Shown: piece by piece, positions 12,901 through 32,400 of the stretch
Numbering within the stretch: the stretch's first letter is position 1
Layout of the letters: every line of letters starts with the position of its first letter
Source of the DNA: Nemertoderma westbladi
Taxonomy: Eukaryota; Animalia; Xenacoelomorpha
Reading direction: 5' to 3'
Length of the DNA: 64,000 bases
Assembly (NCBI GenBank): GCA_032718475.1
Contig: JAUCBJ010002983.1
Coordinates: 1 to 64,000, forward strand
Notes under the pieces: generated by a model
Databases searched by the model: none
The model's input: only the letters and a program-made list of their open reading frames with translations
Told to the model about the DNA's origin: nothing
Position numbers and translations under genes: made by a program

Positions 12901-14501
12901 CAATTGGTGTGTTGCGGAATAGTCAGTCCACTTGTTCTGAGCTCTCTGTTGAGTTGGAAGTGGTATGGTTTACAGAACCTCGGCTTAACAAATCACGTTG
13001 TTGCCTTTGATGGCGTTTTTGTCTGGCCTTAAATTCCTCCTCACGTTCATATTTGGACAGATCACGGTCTATATAATAGCACTCTCCATTTTTTACAAAT
13101 GATTTCATCGCAAGTATGGTGTTCGCATTTTCAATAGACCCGAAGGACAGTAGCAGGGGTCGTGCTGAACCATCCTCTCTGTGTTTATCCAGCCGGTAAA
13201 CACAAGTTACGACATTGTGTGATTTTACCAATCGAATCTCGAATGGATTTCTCGTCTATTTCATGTTGTTGTCTTTGTGAGTTAGCAGCATTGTCCCCAG
13301 GGAGTCATCTGATGACAACATTGCGTTTCCGTAAGTCGTTCTCATGAATTACCCTTTCTATTGTAATGTAAGTGTTGGGATTTCCTGTTGTTAGTGGCTG
13401 AGTGGGATGTTGTGTCGTCTTTTGCAGTTCCTTTACGGCCTTTGAATTTTTGCGAACAACTTCAATCCAAGTAGACGAGTTTTTGTCATTATGGTTGGTT
13501 CATTATCATCCAGTGAGGATAAGTCCTCATCTCTTTGGGACGCTACGTTGTGTACATCACGTTTGGTTGAATCACTTGTTTGCTGAATGTCGAGGTTCTC
13601 CTCTTCGAGTTTAGCGATTTTTACCACGGAACAGAAACCACAAGAAAACTTTACTTTCCCAATACTGCAATAGAGTGAGTTAGTGACTCTGTAGGAACTT
13701 CTATCTCAGTCCATGTTGACTTACAGAATGAACATTCGACATTTGTTTTTGTCCAGTTCATCGTTTTTGATTGGCGTCGGTTTGCAGCCACAATCTTCAT
13801 TGGATTGCCACCTGATTGTCTTCGTTGATCGCCTGTTGTAGCTTGGAGGTGCCATTAACTGTTAGTTTAATTCCGTTTTGTTGCACTGGGTGAGTTCATT
13901 GGTGTCCCCAGGCTCCGGTAGTACTTTGCCTTCCAAGGTTACACGGAAATACAGTCAGTCTCCCAAATCCAGTAATATATAATATATCAATCAAATGCAA
14001 TAATGCAATAATAATAGTGGTTCAGTAATATCGGTAGGCCTAAGCTACAGTATAGGCCAGGCCCTACTGTATATCAGTATCAGATAAAATAAGATTTTAG
14101 ATAATGAGGTACAGTCTGACAGTACCGGTAGAGCAGAATGCGATTTTAGCTCTTTTTCTTCACTCAATAAACTATCTTGCACTCCCTCAATTTCTTGTCT
14201 ATCAGGCTAAATGTTTGATGTAATAAACGTAATGCACGTAATGTCTCTCTGTCTGTTTGCGTCTGCATGTATGTATCTGCTGATATACTGTATATCGACT
14301 ATTGAGTAGGGGAAGGGTCCTTATCTGCCTATGAACTTTCGAAAGGTCAATATTATGAATCTACCTTACCATAGCAACTGGTTCTTATGATGGGTGGGTG
14401 ACATTGATTGCAAGGTGAATGCACCTACCCCCACGATATCGACGGGTTCCCTGAGTAAATACTAAATTATTGTTCATTGTTTATTATAATTGTCTTTAAT
14501 A

Positions 14502-14529
14502 CTCTCTCTCTCTCTCTTTCTCTCTCTCT
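14502..14529. repeat. (CT)n microsatellite, left boundary of the tandem duplication
   Basis: Seen directly. Confidence 0.9.
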
Positions 14530-14987
14530 AGATAGCCGATTGCTAGTTGTGCCGACGCACTATTTGTTCAGAGTTGTGCCCTTTCAGTGGGACTGATTAT
14601 TTGAAAATTGTGGTGACATCAATTCCTGTGCTACCACTAGGGGGTGTGGTGTATAATGTGAGGGTAATGTGAGGGAGTGTGATATTGCTTTTTCGTCTTT
14701 GGTTATTTATTGATATTAAGTTTCTTTGATTGTAGGCACAACTTGGTGTCCGTAAACATCATATATCGTGTATAATTGAGGGGAATAACAAATTGAATAT
14801 TTAAGATCGCGATGTTATATTATAGTGCTTTTAATGAAACATCGAATATCACTAATTTTTAATTGTATAAGTTGTTGAACAAATTATATGAATGCTGAAT
14901 GGGAAATTATTCTTATTATATTTTTATTATAAGGTGGTCGATAAAGCAATTTCCAGGCTCAATTTCTTTGTAAATGTATGGTCTCAG

Positions 14988-15185
14988 GAATTCTTGGCAT
15001 GCGAGTATTCTAAGCCCGTGGGTATTCTTAGCCTTGCATTCTTAGCCCATGGGTATTCTTAGCCCGCGAAACAATAACGTTTATTGTTTTGGTTCCCCCA
15101 GTACTCCTCTGAAACCTGCTCCTTTGCTAACCTGCTCCTTTACTAACTCGCGGGCTAAGAACACTCGCGGGCTAAGAATTCACCC
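14988..15185. mobile_element. MITE-like element with repeated inverted CTTAGCCCGCG / CGCGGGCTAAG motifs (second copy ~22720-22884)
   Basis: Tandem ATTCTTAGCCC repeats on the left face tandem GGGCTAAGAA repeats on the right. Confidence 0.5.
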
Positions 15186-17189
15186 AACAAATGTACTTGT
15201 TCAGAGCTGTGAATTCTACATTTCTTCTATATTGAATGTACAGCAAGCAGCAGGGCATTAGAAATTTGAATCATTGCTTCACGAAATAAAAGAAAAGGAT
15301 TATTGTAATATTTCGTTTTATTCCATATCGTAACATCCAATCTTTTAACACCCTATCTCGTATAATCATGCCTCCCCCATCTCGTAGCACGTAATGCATT
15401 ATTGTCAAAAATTTGCAAAATAAACTTGGTCTCTAATCCGATCTATAGACTCTTGGGTGTCCACAACGGTATTAGTACATATTATAACAACAGTTTGGCA
15501 ATAATAATTTGCTACAAGCGTGCAATAATAAATACAAAAGGGTGAGTACAAAACAAATACGCAAGACCCAAAAACTTAAGACCTGTACGAAACACATGTG
15601 ATAACTTTCGTTTATTGTTTTGGTTCCCCCAACTATGACTATGTAACCTGCTCCTTTACTAACCTGCTCCTTTAAATGCCAATGAGACCTAACGCTCTTT
15701 GGGACCTAACGCTACTTTACCTCTTAGTTTTGTACGTCCTTGGTCTTCGTTTTGTACTGACCCAGATACAAGAGCAGAAAACCAGCTATATCGTCCTGCT
15801 ACAACGTTACTAACTTCAGCAACTGTATCATAGACCTATTTGCCTTTAACACTGCGTACCAACACGGTACGAGTTCATCACACGTATTGTCACGACACGT
15901 ACTCGTGTTCATAATGATAATGCCGCCTTTAAATACTGTAATTATAACTTAACCCCCATGGCAGCAAAGTGCCACCTTTAGATATATATAATATTATCCT
16001 GATCCCCAGGGTAGCAGTGTTTCGCCTTTATATAATTATAACCTAACCCTCATGGCGGCAGAGTGCCGCCTTTACATATATTATCCTGACTCCCAGGGCG
16101 ACAGGGTGCCGCCTCTATTTAAAACCTCTTATGACTTTCTTATAACTATTGGGGCGGATAAATGGAGTTCATATTCGTGTTGTGCAGGAAAAACTGGTCT
16201 AGAAAAATTAATTTATTGCTTGGAGGGATTCCTATTGGTTTGATTAATTTTAAATTACATAGTTTGTGCAAATTAATTTCAATTTAGCCAATAATTATGT
16301 TACAAATGATTAAGGCTGCAGTGTGCCCCCCGGAGTTCAAATGAAAGATTTATAAATTTCGAAAATGGTTAAAGGCGGAATTGTGCCGCCTTTGAGGGTA
16401 GGATAAGTAATAATATGGTTATCCTCTTTACATATAACAACAAAATAATCCTTGGTACGATCAAATATACTTTCTTGGAAGTAAAAATTTACGTAATTTA
16501 TCTTTGGTACACAAAGAGCTACACTTTAATAATTTCTCGAGTTCTCGAGAATTTCGTTGCCATATTCGTAAACATGAAGATTGTAATGCTGTGATAGACA
16601 TAAGAGCATATTGCTTAAAATATATTAAATATAATATAAATATAATTTGCTATACAAATTTCTGGCTGCTTATATTGCATGCATATAGTCCAGCAAAATC
16701 AAATCAAGTCTGTTCAAGACTGTTCATATAGGAATAAGCAATCAAAGTGTAATCTATGTACCCCTTTCGATATCGCTTAATGCACTGATTCTTAATAATA
16801 ATATACAATTATTTCTTATATTTAATAAACTGTAATTTTATTAGGAAGAACTTTCACCTTTCTGTAATATACAGTAGTATTACTTCTAAGAATACACCTC
16901 GTTAGTAATAATAATGTTATAATTTTAATTAGATTGTTTACTCGGGTAAATGGGTGGCTTTTAATATAAATGCTATTTAATTATTTATTTAATACTAAAT
17001 ATTATTACCTTTAACAAAGGATGTTACCCAATACATGAAAACAATTTTTTTGCTTCAATCATGTCCTGATGAATAAAATATAAAAAAGTAGAAAGTTTCA
17101 TGGGTGGTGCTAAAAATTCTGGAACATTTAATACAAAAATCGACACACCGGCACTATTAATGGTATAGTACCCTATTAATTAAAAGTAT

Positions 17190-17472
17190 AAAGAGACAAA
17201 CATTTACTGATAATTAATAGGTAGAGAACTATAGAGAAACCCACCACACAGCACAAATATCAGTTAACAATTATAAAATAGAGTTAAGTACAGAAGAGGC
17301 GATGTAGATTAATTAGCTAGTTGCTGCATATGACGTTCCTATCCTGTCTGGCCTTATGGCAGCCCAGCACCATCTTCCAGTCCAAGCCCACTTCTCCATT
17401 TGATGCGTGACCCACGAACGCAATGGGATGCGCCTCGGATAAGGGCAAACTTGACTCTTGTCCTACTCTTAC
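17190..17472 (-). mobile_element. 3' remnant of an RLE-type (CRE-like) non-LTR retrotransposon (second copy ~24920-25196)
   Basis: Minus strand reads RTRVKFALIRGASHCVRGSRIKWRSGLGLEDGAGLP*. From recall, this resembles the R-x-R-L-S-F-A-x-x-R-x-x-x-x-C-x-R-G-S-R C-terminus of CRE-like elements of marine invertebrates. Confidence 0.6.
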
Positions 17473-17762
17473 TGTCTTACTCAGGTAAATTGGTTAGCGC
17501 AAATTTGCGGGATTTCCGGCATCGGGACCGGGATTATCACTCTCGGGATCCCGTCTGCGTAAAACTTAACTCTAAATAAACTTCAATAAACACTATATTA
17601 CGTAACTAACGGTCAAAAGTGAAAATATTCATAAACCACAATATTACATACAAAATAATAAACTATCTTAATTCAATTTAATACGATGCAGAGAGGTTCC
17701 AACCACGAAGACTATAACAGTCTACAGTACGAAACCAAGACTTCTCCATTTGGCTGAATATA

Positions 17763-18058
17763 TTGTCTGTTTTGGCAAGTATATAAATATACCTTGCCTG
17801 TTTTGGCAAGTATGTAAGTATGCCTTGCCTGTTTTGGCAAGTATATAAATATACCTTGCCTGTTTTGGCAAGTATATAAATACACCTTGCCTGTTTTTGC
17901 TAGTATATATATATACCTTGCCTGTTTTGGCAAGTATGTAAATGTGCCTTGCCTGTTTTGGCAAGTATATAAATACACCTTGCCTGTTTTGGCAAGTATA
18001 TAAATACACCTTGCCTGTTTTGGCAAGTATTTAAATATGTATTGCCTGTTCTGGTAAG
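17763..18058. repeat. 31-bp palindromic minisatellite CTTGCCTGTTTTGGCAAG-TATATAAATACAC (longer array at ~25498-25918)
   Basis: Seen directly. The 31-aa periodicity of the spurious ORFs equals three 31-bp units. Confidence 0.92.
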
Positions 18059-18409
18059 TATTTGAATTTGATAGAGTATATTATAAATATGATGGAAACT
18101 TCCTGTAAGTTTCACGTGTAAGACAAATGTTGAATAAATTATAAAACAAAATATTATTTTATGGCTTTTAACCTGGAGCAAAGAGTAAAGGAGGAGGACG
18201 CAGGAGGAGTAAACGAAATGTAATATGTCCTCTACTTAAAGTAATTGAATTGCCGTACTACTGTAATGAGACTTTCAAAGATTTTTGAGTCAAATTTTAA
18301 TAATATCTCGAAACAGGAAATGTCTACAAGGCAGGCCTACATCCTAAATTTGCATAGAGGATAAAACAAGCAGGAAACGAGCTGTATCAACAAATCAGGC
18401 TGATAATAT

Positions 18410-18650
18410 AACAAGTCAATTTATCAAGTCAAGTTAAGTTTGTCAAGTCAAGTGATGTCAAGTCAGTATGTCAAGTCGTATGGCGCCAAGTCAAACTACT
18501 ATCAAGTCACGTGATGTCAATCAAGGCATTAATTATGAAGTAATGTCGAGTCCAATGATGTCAAGTCAAGTGTCATAAAACCAAGTGATATCAAGTCAAA
18601 TAATTTAAATTGATAAAAAGTGTTGTAAAGTTAAGTGAAGTCATATACCA
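18410..18650. repeat. Degenerate (AAGTC)n low-complexity repeat (also ~26275-26520)
   Basis: Repeated gtcaagtcaagt motifs. Confidence 0.75.
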
Positions 18651-19764
18651 TCATGATAAATGACCATGATGTCTGTCACGGTTTTCTAATTATTGAAATG
18701 GCTTCCGTCAATTTGTTTCACCCACTGCATCGTACCCATCTTGTGAAATTCCACCATAAGAGGCAGGCAAAGAATCGCAAGTTTTCTTTGTTTTAGCTTT
18801 TCCAAGGCTCGTCATTGTTAAAATTGATTTCTAATATTAAGGGGACCATTATCTGATATTCATGATTCTGTATATAAAACAAGATTTTTCACAATTTCTC
18901 AATGTTGACATTTTCCACTGTCAATTTTTTTATTTTTGTCCAAAAAGTTTGAGTCTACTCTATATATAGCACCTCTATATATATATATATAACTGCAAAC
19001 TCAAAATATTATAAGTAAAAAATGTCAAACTGAAAAATGTTGTGTTTGGTTTGATAATTCTGAAGGTATACGGCTTTTCGATGTCGCTGAACAGGATGAC
19101 ACTAGTTATAAATATTTCTGGTATGTGCATGTGCAAATCCCATTTTGGTGCCATTCAAGTGCCCCAAAACGAAAACTACAAGTAGCACAAAATTATAAAG
19201 TGTTAAATTTTGACTTTGGTTATAAATATCTATACTGGTTTTCAAAGTCGCTGATTACTACGATATAACTCGTAAAAAATCATTCGTGCTAACGCAACTA
19301 TCATTTTTGCTGCTTGTCTGGTGGGACGGATAGATACGGATACTAGAAATATCCCAGGTATCGAAAGTATTAATTGCTATTGGTAAAGGTAAAATAGGAG
19401 TCCATAAGGGAAAAACATTTTCCGATATTGATATTGAATTAAGTGATGTTTTATCAGATGACAGGTTATGCCTTTCTGACTGAAAATTCTGAAATTGATT
19501 TTCTCACATTGCGAAGTTCTATTTATCCTTCGCAGCTAATTAATTAGCCATAGCCATTCCTGGCAAATCTGAAATACGAATAAGGCTAAATATTAGGCTG
19601 ATTAAGAGAACAAGAGTTCGTGCTCTTCTATTTAATTTATAGAATTACTATTTATTGTATTTTAGGTGGTAGCAGCAGCGGGGGACTGATACCTCCAGGT
19701 AAATTATAAATATCACGCGTAATTATATCCGTAGCTGTTCCCATAGTTGGTAGGTGCTAAAATG

Positions 19765-20058
19765 CACAACGAGCAACAATGACCAACAGCGAGCAACAAT
19801 GAGCAACAATGAGCAGCAATGAGCAATAACGAACAACAATGACCAACAGCGAGCAACAATGAGCAATAACAAGCAATAATAAAGTACAAGAACGAGCAAC
19901 AATGAGCAACAACGAACAACTACGAGCAACAATGAGCAACAACAAGCAATAATAAAGTACAAGAACGAGCAACAATGAGCAACAACGAACAACTACGAGC
20001 AACAATGAGCAATAACAAGCAATAATAAAGTACAAGAACGAGCAACAATGAGCAACGT
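19765..20058. repeat. AACAATGAGC-based minisatellite (also ~27005-27135)
   Basis: 10-bp core with longer compound units; it accounts for the AHCCSLLL spurious ORFs. Confidence 0.88.
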
Positions 20059-20072
20059 AATGCAATGTAATG

Positions 20073-20450
20073 ATATAATGAGTTAAGTGCCGTTATAGTC
20101 CGTTGGAATATCGTTATATAGCCAGTAGGAAAGTCGTTATATAATGAGTTAAGTGCCGTTATATAGTCCGTTGGAATATCGTTTTATAGCCAGTAGGAAA
20201 GTCGTTATATAATGAGTTAAGTGCCGTTATATAGTCCGTTGGAATATCGTTTTATAGCCAGTAGGAAAGTCGTTTTATAATGAATTACGTGCCGTTATAT
20301 AGTCCGTTGGAATATCGTTATATAGCCAGTAGGAAAGTCGTTATATAATGAGTTAAGTGCCGTTATATAGCCCGTTGGAATATCGTTATATAGCCAGTAG
20401 GAAAGTCGTTATATAATGAGTTAAGTGCCGTTATATAGTCCATTGGAAAA
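20073..20450. repeat. 68-bp minisatellite built from three 22-23-bp CGTTATATA subunits (about 10 units at ~27152-27870)
   Basis: GAGTTAAGTGCC recurs every 68 bp (20146, 20214, ...). Confidence 0.92.
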
Positions 20451-22140
20451 TCGTGTTTCATATTAATTGGATCACAAGGGCGTTTATTTTTGGTAAAATA
20501 GTTGCCTGTCAGATTATTTTTGAGTATAATGGTAATAACAATAATATATTACTAACTACAACACTGTAACAATTAGATGTTGAGAGTCTAGTACAACTGG
20601 GCCCGGATATTTCCATTCATATAGTGCAACCCTTGTCTTTCTGTTTTGAAACACTTAACTTGTTTTTCAGTAATCGAGATTATATAATTAGTTAAAATTG
20701 TAATTAAATATTTCTTATATATTCGGCGAACTCCTGATAAGTGTGTGGGTGGAGGGTCACATTAACAACGCGACTCATATCACCGCCTGCCGTTTTTCCA
20801 TTCATCGCATTATATGTGCTGTATTTCCCGTACATACATTCGCCTCATTGCTTGATATATGCAAAAGCGTAAAATAAAATATAAAAAAGCGTTAAAAGAT
20901 TATATACTACACTACTACTCTATATACTAATAGCTGCAAACTCAAAATATTATAAGTAAAAAAATGTCAAACTAAAAAATGTTGTGTTTGGTTTGATAAT
21001 TCTGAAGGTATACGGGTTTTCGATGTCGCTGATCACGATGAAACTAGTTACAAATATTTCTGGTAAAGCAAACCCATTTTTCGTGCCATTCTGGTGCCCC
21101 AGAACGAAAAGTACAAATAGCACAAAATTATAAACTGTTAAATTTTGCCTTGGGTTTGGTAATTCTGAAGCTGTACCGATTTTCAAGGTCGCTGATCACG
21201 ATACAACTCGTTAAAAATAATTTGTGGTAACGCAACAATCATTTTTGGTGCTTGTCTGGTGGGACGAAAAATACAAGTTAGCGTAAAATTTCAAACGCCA
21301 AAATTCGATTTCTTCGAAATTTTGGTTGGATAATAACGATATTTTTGAGTGTCATGTTCGTGATCAGCATCCCATAAAACCTATATGGTCATCAAATTAT
21401 TTGGTTTTATTAAGGATTAATAAATCTTGTTTGTAATGCAAAAAATTGATTCAAAATCGAAATACGGCCCTCGCACAGCACAATATATAATATGTATATG
21501 AGATCATCCACTGTGTTCATCCGTGGGAGTTAGTGTGGAGTCCAGTCCCCCTTGCCTTGTACGTAAAAACAAGAGAAGGAAGCAAGTGAAAGAGTACCCT
21601 TAATATTGCCTCCAGTAGTGCTTCATATTCACAGATAAATTTACATTACCCCGAATTATTATGAACCCGAATTTGTGGGGCAAAGGGCCTTCCTATTTAC
21701 ATCACAAATCAATATAGCCGTAGTCCGGCTGCCCCATCCATTGCATTAGCTACACTACTGTCTGGCCAGCAGACATATATTCGCCTTCAAGCTCGATATA
21801 TTGCCTTCTCTAACAATGGCATCGCCGTTCACTCCATGTAAACAATTAATGTTCCTACAACTCGTGTTATAAATTCCATGAGATAATTTTAATCAATATT
21901 GATGGTGTCATTTGTTTGATGTTAGCACAACTATTACATGTTAGCAGAACTCTAGTCAATGATTTTTGAATGTTCAAGAAGAGGACGCTAAAGGGATACA
22001 CGATTTTTTTCCCTCACATTTCAGGTATTGCAAAGTGGCACTTGTGCTAACATTACAAAGAGTACATGGGGACCCGATCAAAACGTCGGACACATGTCCC
22101 TGATCAAATGTCAGCTCAACTTGTTACCACTATTTTTTTG

Positions 22141-29609
<7,469 letters not shown>

Positions 29610-29688
<79 letters not shown>
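29610..29688. repeat. (CT)n microsatellite, right boundary of the duplication
   Basis: Seen directly. Confidence 0.95.
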
Positions 29689-29690
<2 letters not shown>

Positions 29691-30329
29691 ATCGGCCTGC
29701 TACATTGAAACCGCACATTGAGATGCTATGCCAGCTTAACAAAAAACATTTTGTCACCACCATGCAAGTTCCACAATTGGCAACCCAATGCCCAGAGTGC
29801 ATTAAGAATGCTATGCCGTCTTACTGTATCAACAAAGTTACACAGCCACTACTCCCTATTTGTTGGGGGGTGGTGCAGGAGGTTTATCGCCCAGTTTAAA
29901 ATGTTGTTATAAATTAACGGTCAATATATTTCTCCCCGTTGGGGTATCGTCAGGACCAAATAGGATTCAAACTACAAAAGAGCAGTCCCTATGACCCTAC
30001 TACTGGTCCCTACTACTCCCTATGACTTTCGGAGGCGTCTCACGAAAGTCATGGGCTGTCCACCATGCTTATTTTCTCAATGGGGCTGACAAAGCACAAG
30101 ATTGTGCACAGTCTGGTTCTCACGGCGAAAACAATCCAAAGCAGAGGCGGCTTTGTTCTAGTGTCAAGCTTGGGGGGGACCAATGAGACACCCAATGTTA
30201 TATAGTGTATGGTTGGAGATGTGTACTGCATTGTGTAGTGCATTGTACTTCACACAGTGAAGTACAAGGAGTACAGATACATACAAATAATATAAAAACA
30301 AAAAAAACATACAAAAAAAATAAATACAA

Positions 30330-31412
30330 AAAAAACCGAATTTATGGTAGCGTCAAACAAATTAGAAAGATCCCAATTTCAAAACTCTTCAAAAATTAAC
30401 AATAAATATTTGACAATGTCACCATCGGTTAAGTACCTAGGAATTCAAATTGATCAAAAGATATCCTGGAACACTCATATAACATACTGTATGTCTTATC
30501 AAAGTTATCTAAAACAGCTGGCATTTTTTATAAGTTGCGACACTATTTTGGTCTACATATCCTAAAACTTCTTTATTTTTCGCTCGTGCACCCGTATATA
30601 AACTATGGACTTATTATTTGGGGGAATGCTGGCACCTCTCTGATAAAAAAAGTAAGACAAAAAATTAATAAAATCTTAAGATGCATTTCATTACCTTTTC
30701 TGACCGTCTTGCGCACTCCTTTCCGTTATATCAAAGTTTAAAAATATTACCCGTTCAACATTTGCACTCACTTCAAGTAGCAGCCTTCATACACAGTGTA
30801 TTCTACAACTATGAGAAAACTGAATTATCAAATCAATTTTTATTGGTACAGTAGGTTCATTGTTCATCGTTATGGTACAAGATCAAAATCACAAAATTTA
30901 TTCTTTATTCCTCGTGCTAATTTAGTCGTTGGTCAGCGATCTATCTCTTTTGCCGGACCATCTCTTTGGAACAACATATCACCTAAACTGAGAGAAATCA
31001 AAAGTAGGAAAATGTTTATAAAAAATATGAAATTAAAACTAATGTCATCGGAGAGCAGCGATCTATAAAAATAAAAAATAAATAAAACATTTATAACAGA
31101 GGGATCGTAAGGAGGTCTACGTAGCAACAACTGTGTGTGGGAGGGGGTCGATTGACCAATGATAGGGGAACTGGGTGCACTGGTGGATTGGGTGTTGGGA
31201 TCCTACATGTATGTAACCCCTGTAGTTGCTTGCACATTATCGTAAGATGTATCTACCCAATTTATGTATTATATATTCCGGTACCTAACAGGATACTGCG
31301 CTAACTAGCACTATGCTACTAAGCAGTCTTCCTGCCCATTTTATTGTGAATTGTGTAATGTATTTGTTATAATTATGTATTATTTGGGAAAATAAATAAA
31401 TCAATCAATCAA
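30330..31412 (+). mobile_element. 5'-truncated Crack/Daphne-like (L2/CR1 group) LINE 3' portion
   Basis: VKYLGIQIDQKISWNTHI, LYFSLVHPYINYGLIIWG, HRYGTRS and GQRSISFAGPSLWNNI. The 3' UTR ends AATAAATAAA(TCAA)n. Confidence 0.85.
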
Positions 31413-31429
31413 AGTACAGGAGTACTGCT

Positions 31430-32400
31430 GCTGCTAAATAATCGGACCTTAAGTTTCCGATGAATTCTGTGTGACTTCCAAATCCTGGAAAGCCCATTCA
31501 ATGCTGCAAAAATGCCTTTCTCTTACGAATTCGAAGGTCCTCCTCATCTGACTTCGAATCCATGATCCCAGGTAACAGAAGTCGTCCACATAGATTTGCT
31601 GAGGACTTTCAAAGTTAACTGTCAAAATTTGTGTCTTTTTGGAGTTAACAGGAAGACCAACACTAGAAGCAGCCTGTTCTAATTAGCTGAGGAGCCATTG
31701 GGGTACCTCTAGTGATTCTGAGAGTACTCCTAAGTGAACAGCAAAGTCTAGATCAGTTAGGTACTTGGCAGGATTTCTTCGACTTCTGGAGGCAGTAGGT
31801 GGAGATACCATCACCCCATCATCATTATGATGATCTAAGGACATGCGTAGTCAGTGTGTGCCCTAGTCGGTGGGACTCATTCTGTGCCTTAGAGAGGTCA
31901 TTTCGGCACTTCCGAATTTTGTGGTCAGTCCAGCCAGTGGGCCTTTTTCCTGTTTCGAGGGTATACAATTACTGTTGCTGCAGCTGCTAACTTAACTGCT
32001 TCTGTGAAGGCAGTATAACCCTTGCAGTGATCTGCCGCCTCAGATACAAGAGCCTCATACCTGTTGGTCAGCTGTAGTGTCTGCTGGTCAGCTCTCGCAC
32101 TGGACTGTTGCAACAGAGAGGACCAGTCATGCCGTGGCAAGGCAGATTTCGTTGTTCTGCTAGCACGCAAACTAAGTCTTACCTTGGCCACAATTTGGCG
32201 GTAATCACTAGAGAAGGGTCCAAGTGTAAATGCATTACAGTCTTGTATAGAGCTCCTGTATTTCCTACGAAACGGAATATGGTTCGCTTCTTGAACTGGG
32301 ATCCAGCCGAAAAACGTCCATTTCCAGAGATGAAATCCTGAAGATGGACGGAATACACTAATTGCAGCATTGATGTGATGTGATGTGTTAACTGCAACGC
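31430..32400 (-). mobile_element. Decayed RTE-clade LINE fragments
   Basis: SSDYRQIVAKVRLSLR and QLTNRYEAL (post-APE region); YLTDLDFA...LEQAASSVGLPVNSKKTQI (RT region). Internally deleted. Confidence 0.75.

Larger units (their letters stand above)
8975..13975 (-). mobile_element. Near full-length decayed CR1-clade LINE (ORF1 ~13855-12923; ORF2 APE endonuclease plus RT, many frameshifts)
   Basis: APE motifs CIYTNADNL, LYRSPS, GDFNMP, LDLILT, SDH. RT motifs NYRRISLTSVVTKLME, DFSKAFDCVPH, FADDTK. Post-RT motifs EKDLGV, LVRPVLEY, RGHSLKL, WNAL. The ORF1 remnant has RPLLLSF and YIDRDLS motifs. Confidence 0.92.

Noticed and set aside
12276-13010. 244-aa Gly/Val-rich plus-strand ORF
   Set aside because: Antisense shadow of the 30-bp repeat within the minus-strand CR1.
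17712-18181. ORFs with PKQARCIYILAKTGK repeats (also 25403-26042), or a CRISPR-like palindromic array
   Set aside because: These are translations of a 31-bp minisatellite open in all three frames, and the inter-dyad sequence is conserved rather than spacer-like.
19713-20065. Cys/Leu-rich ORFs (AHCCSLLL)
   Set aside because: Translations of the AACAATGAGC repeat.
21760-21845. Possible mariner transposase C-terminus (WSERR...YIELEGEY, minus strand)
   Set aside because: Very short, contains a stop, and there are no supporting TIRs or other motifs.
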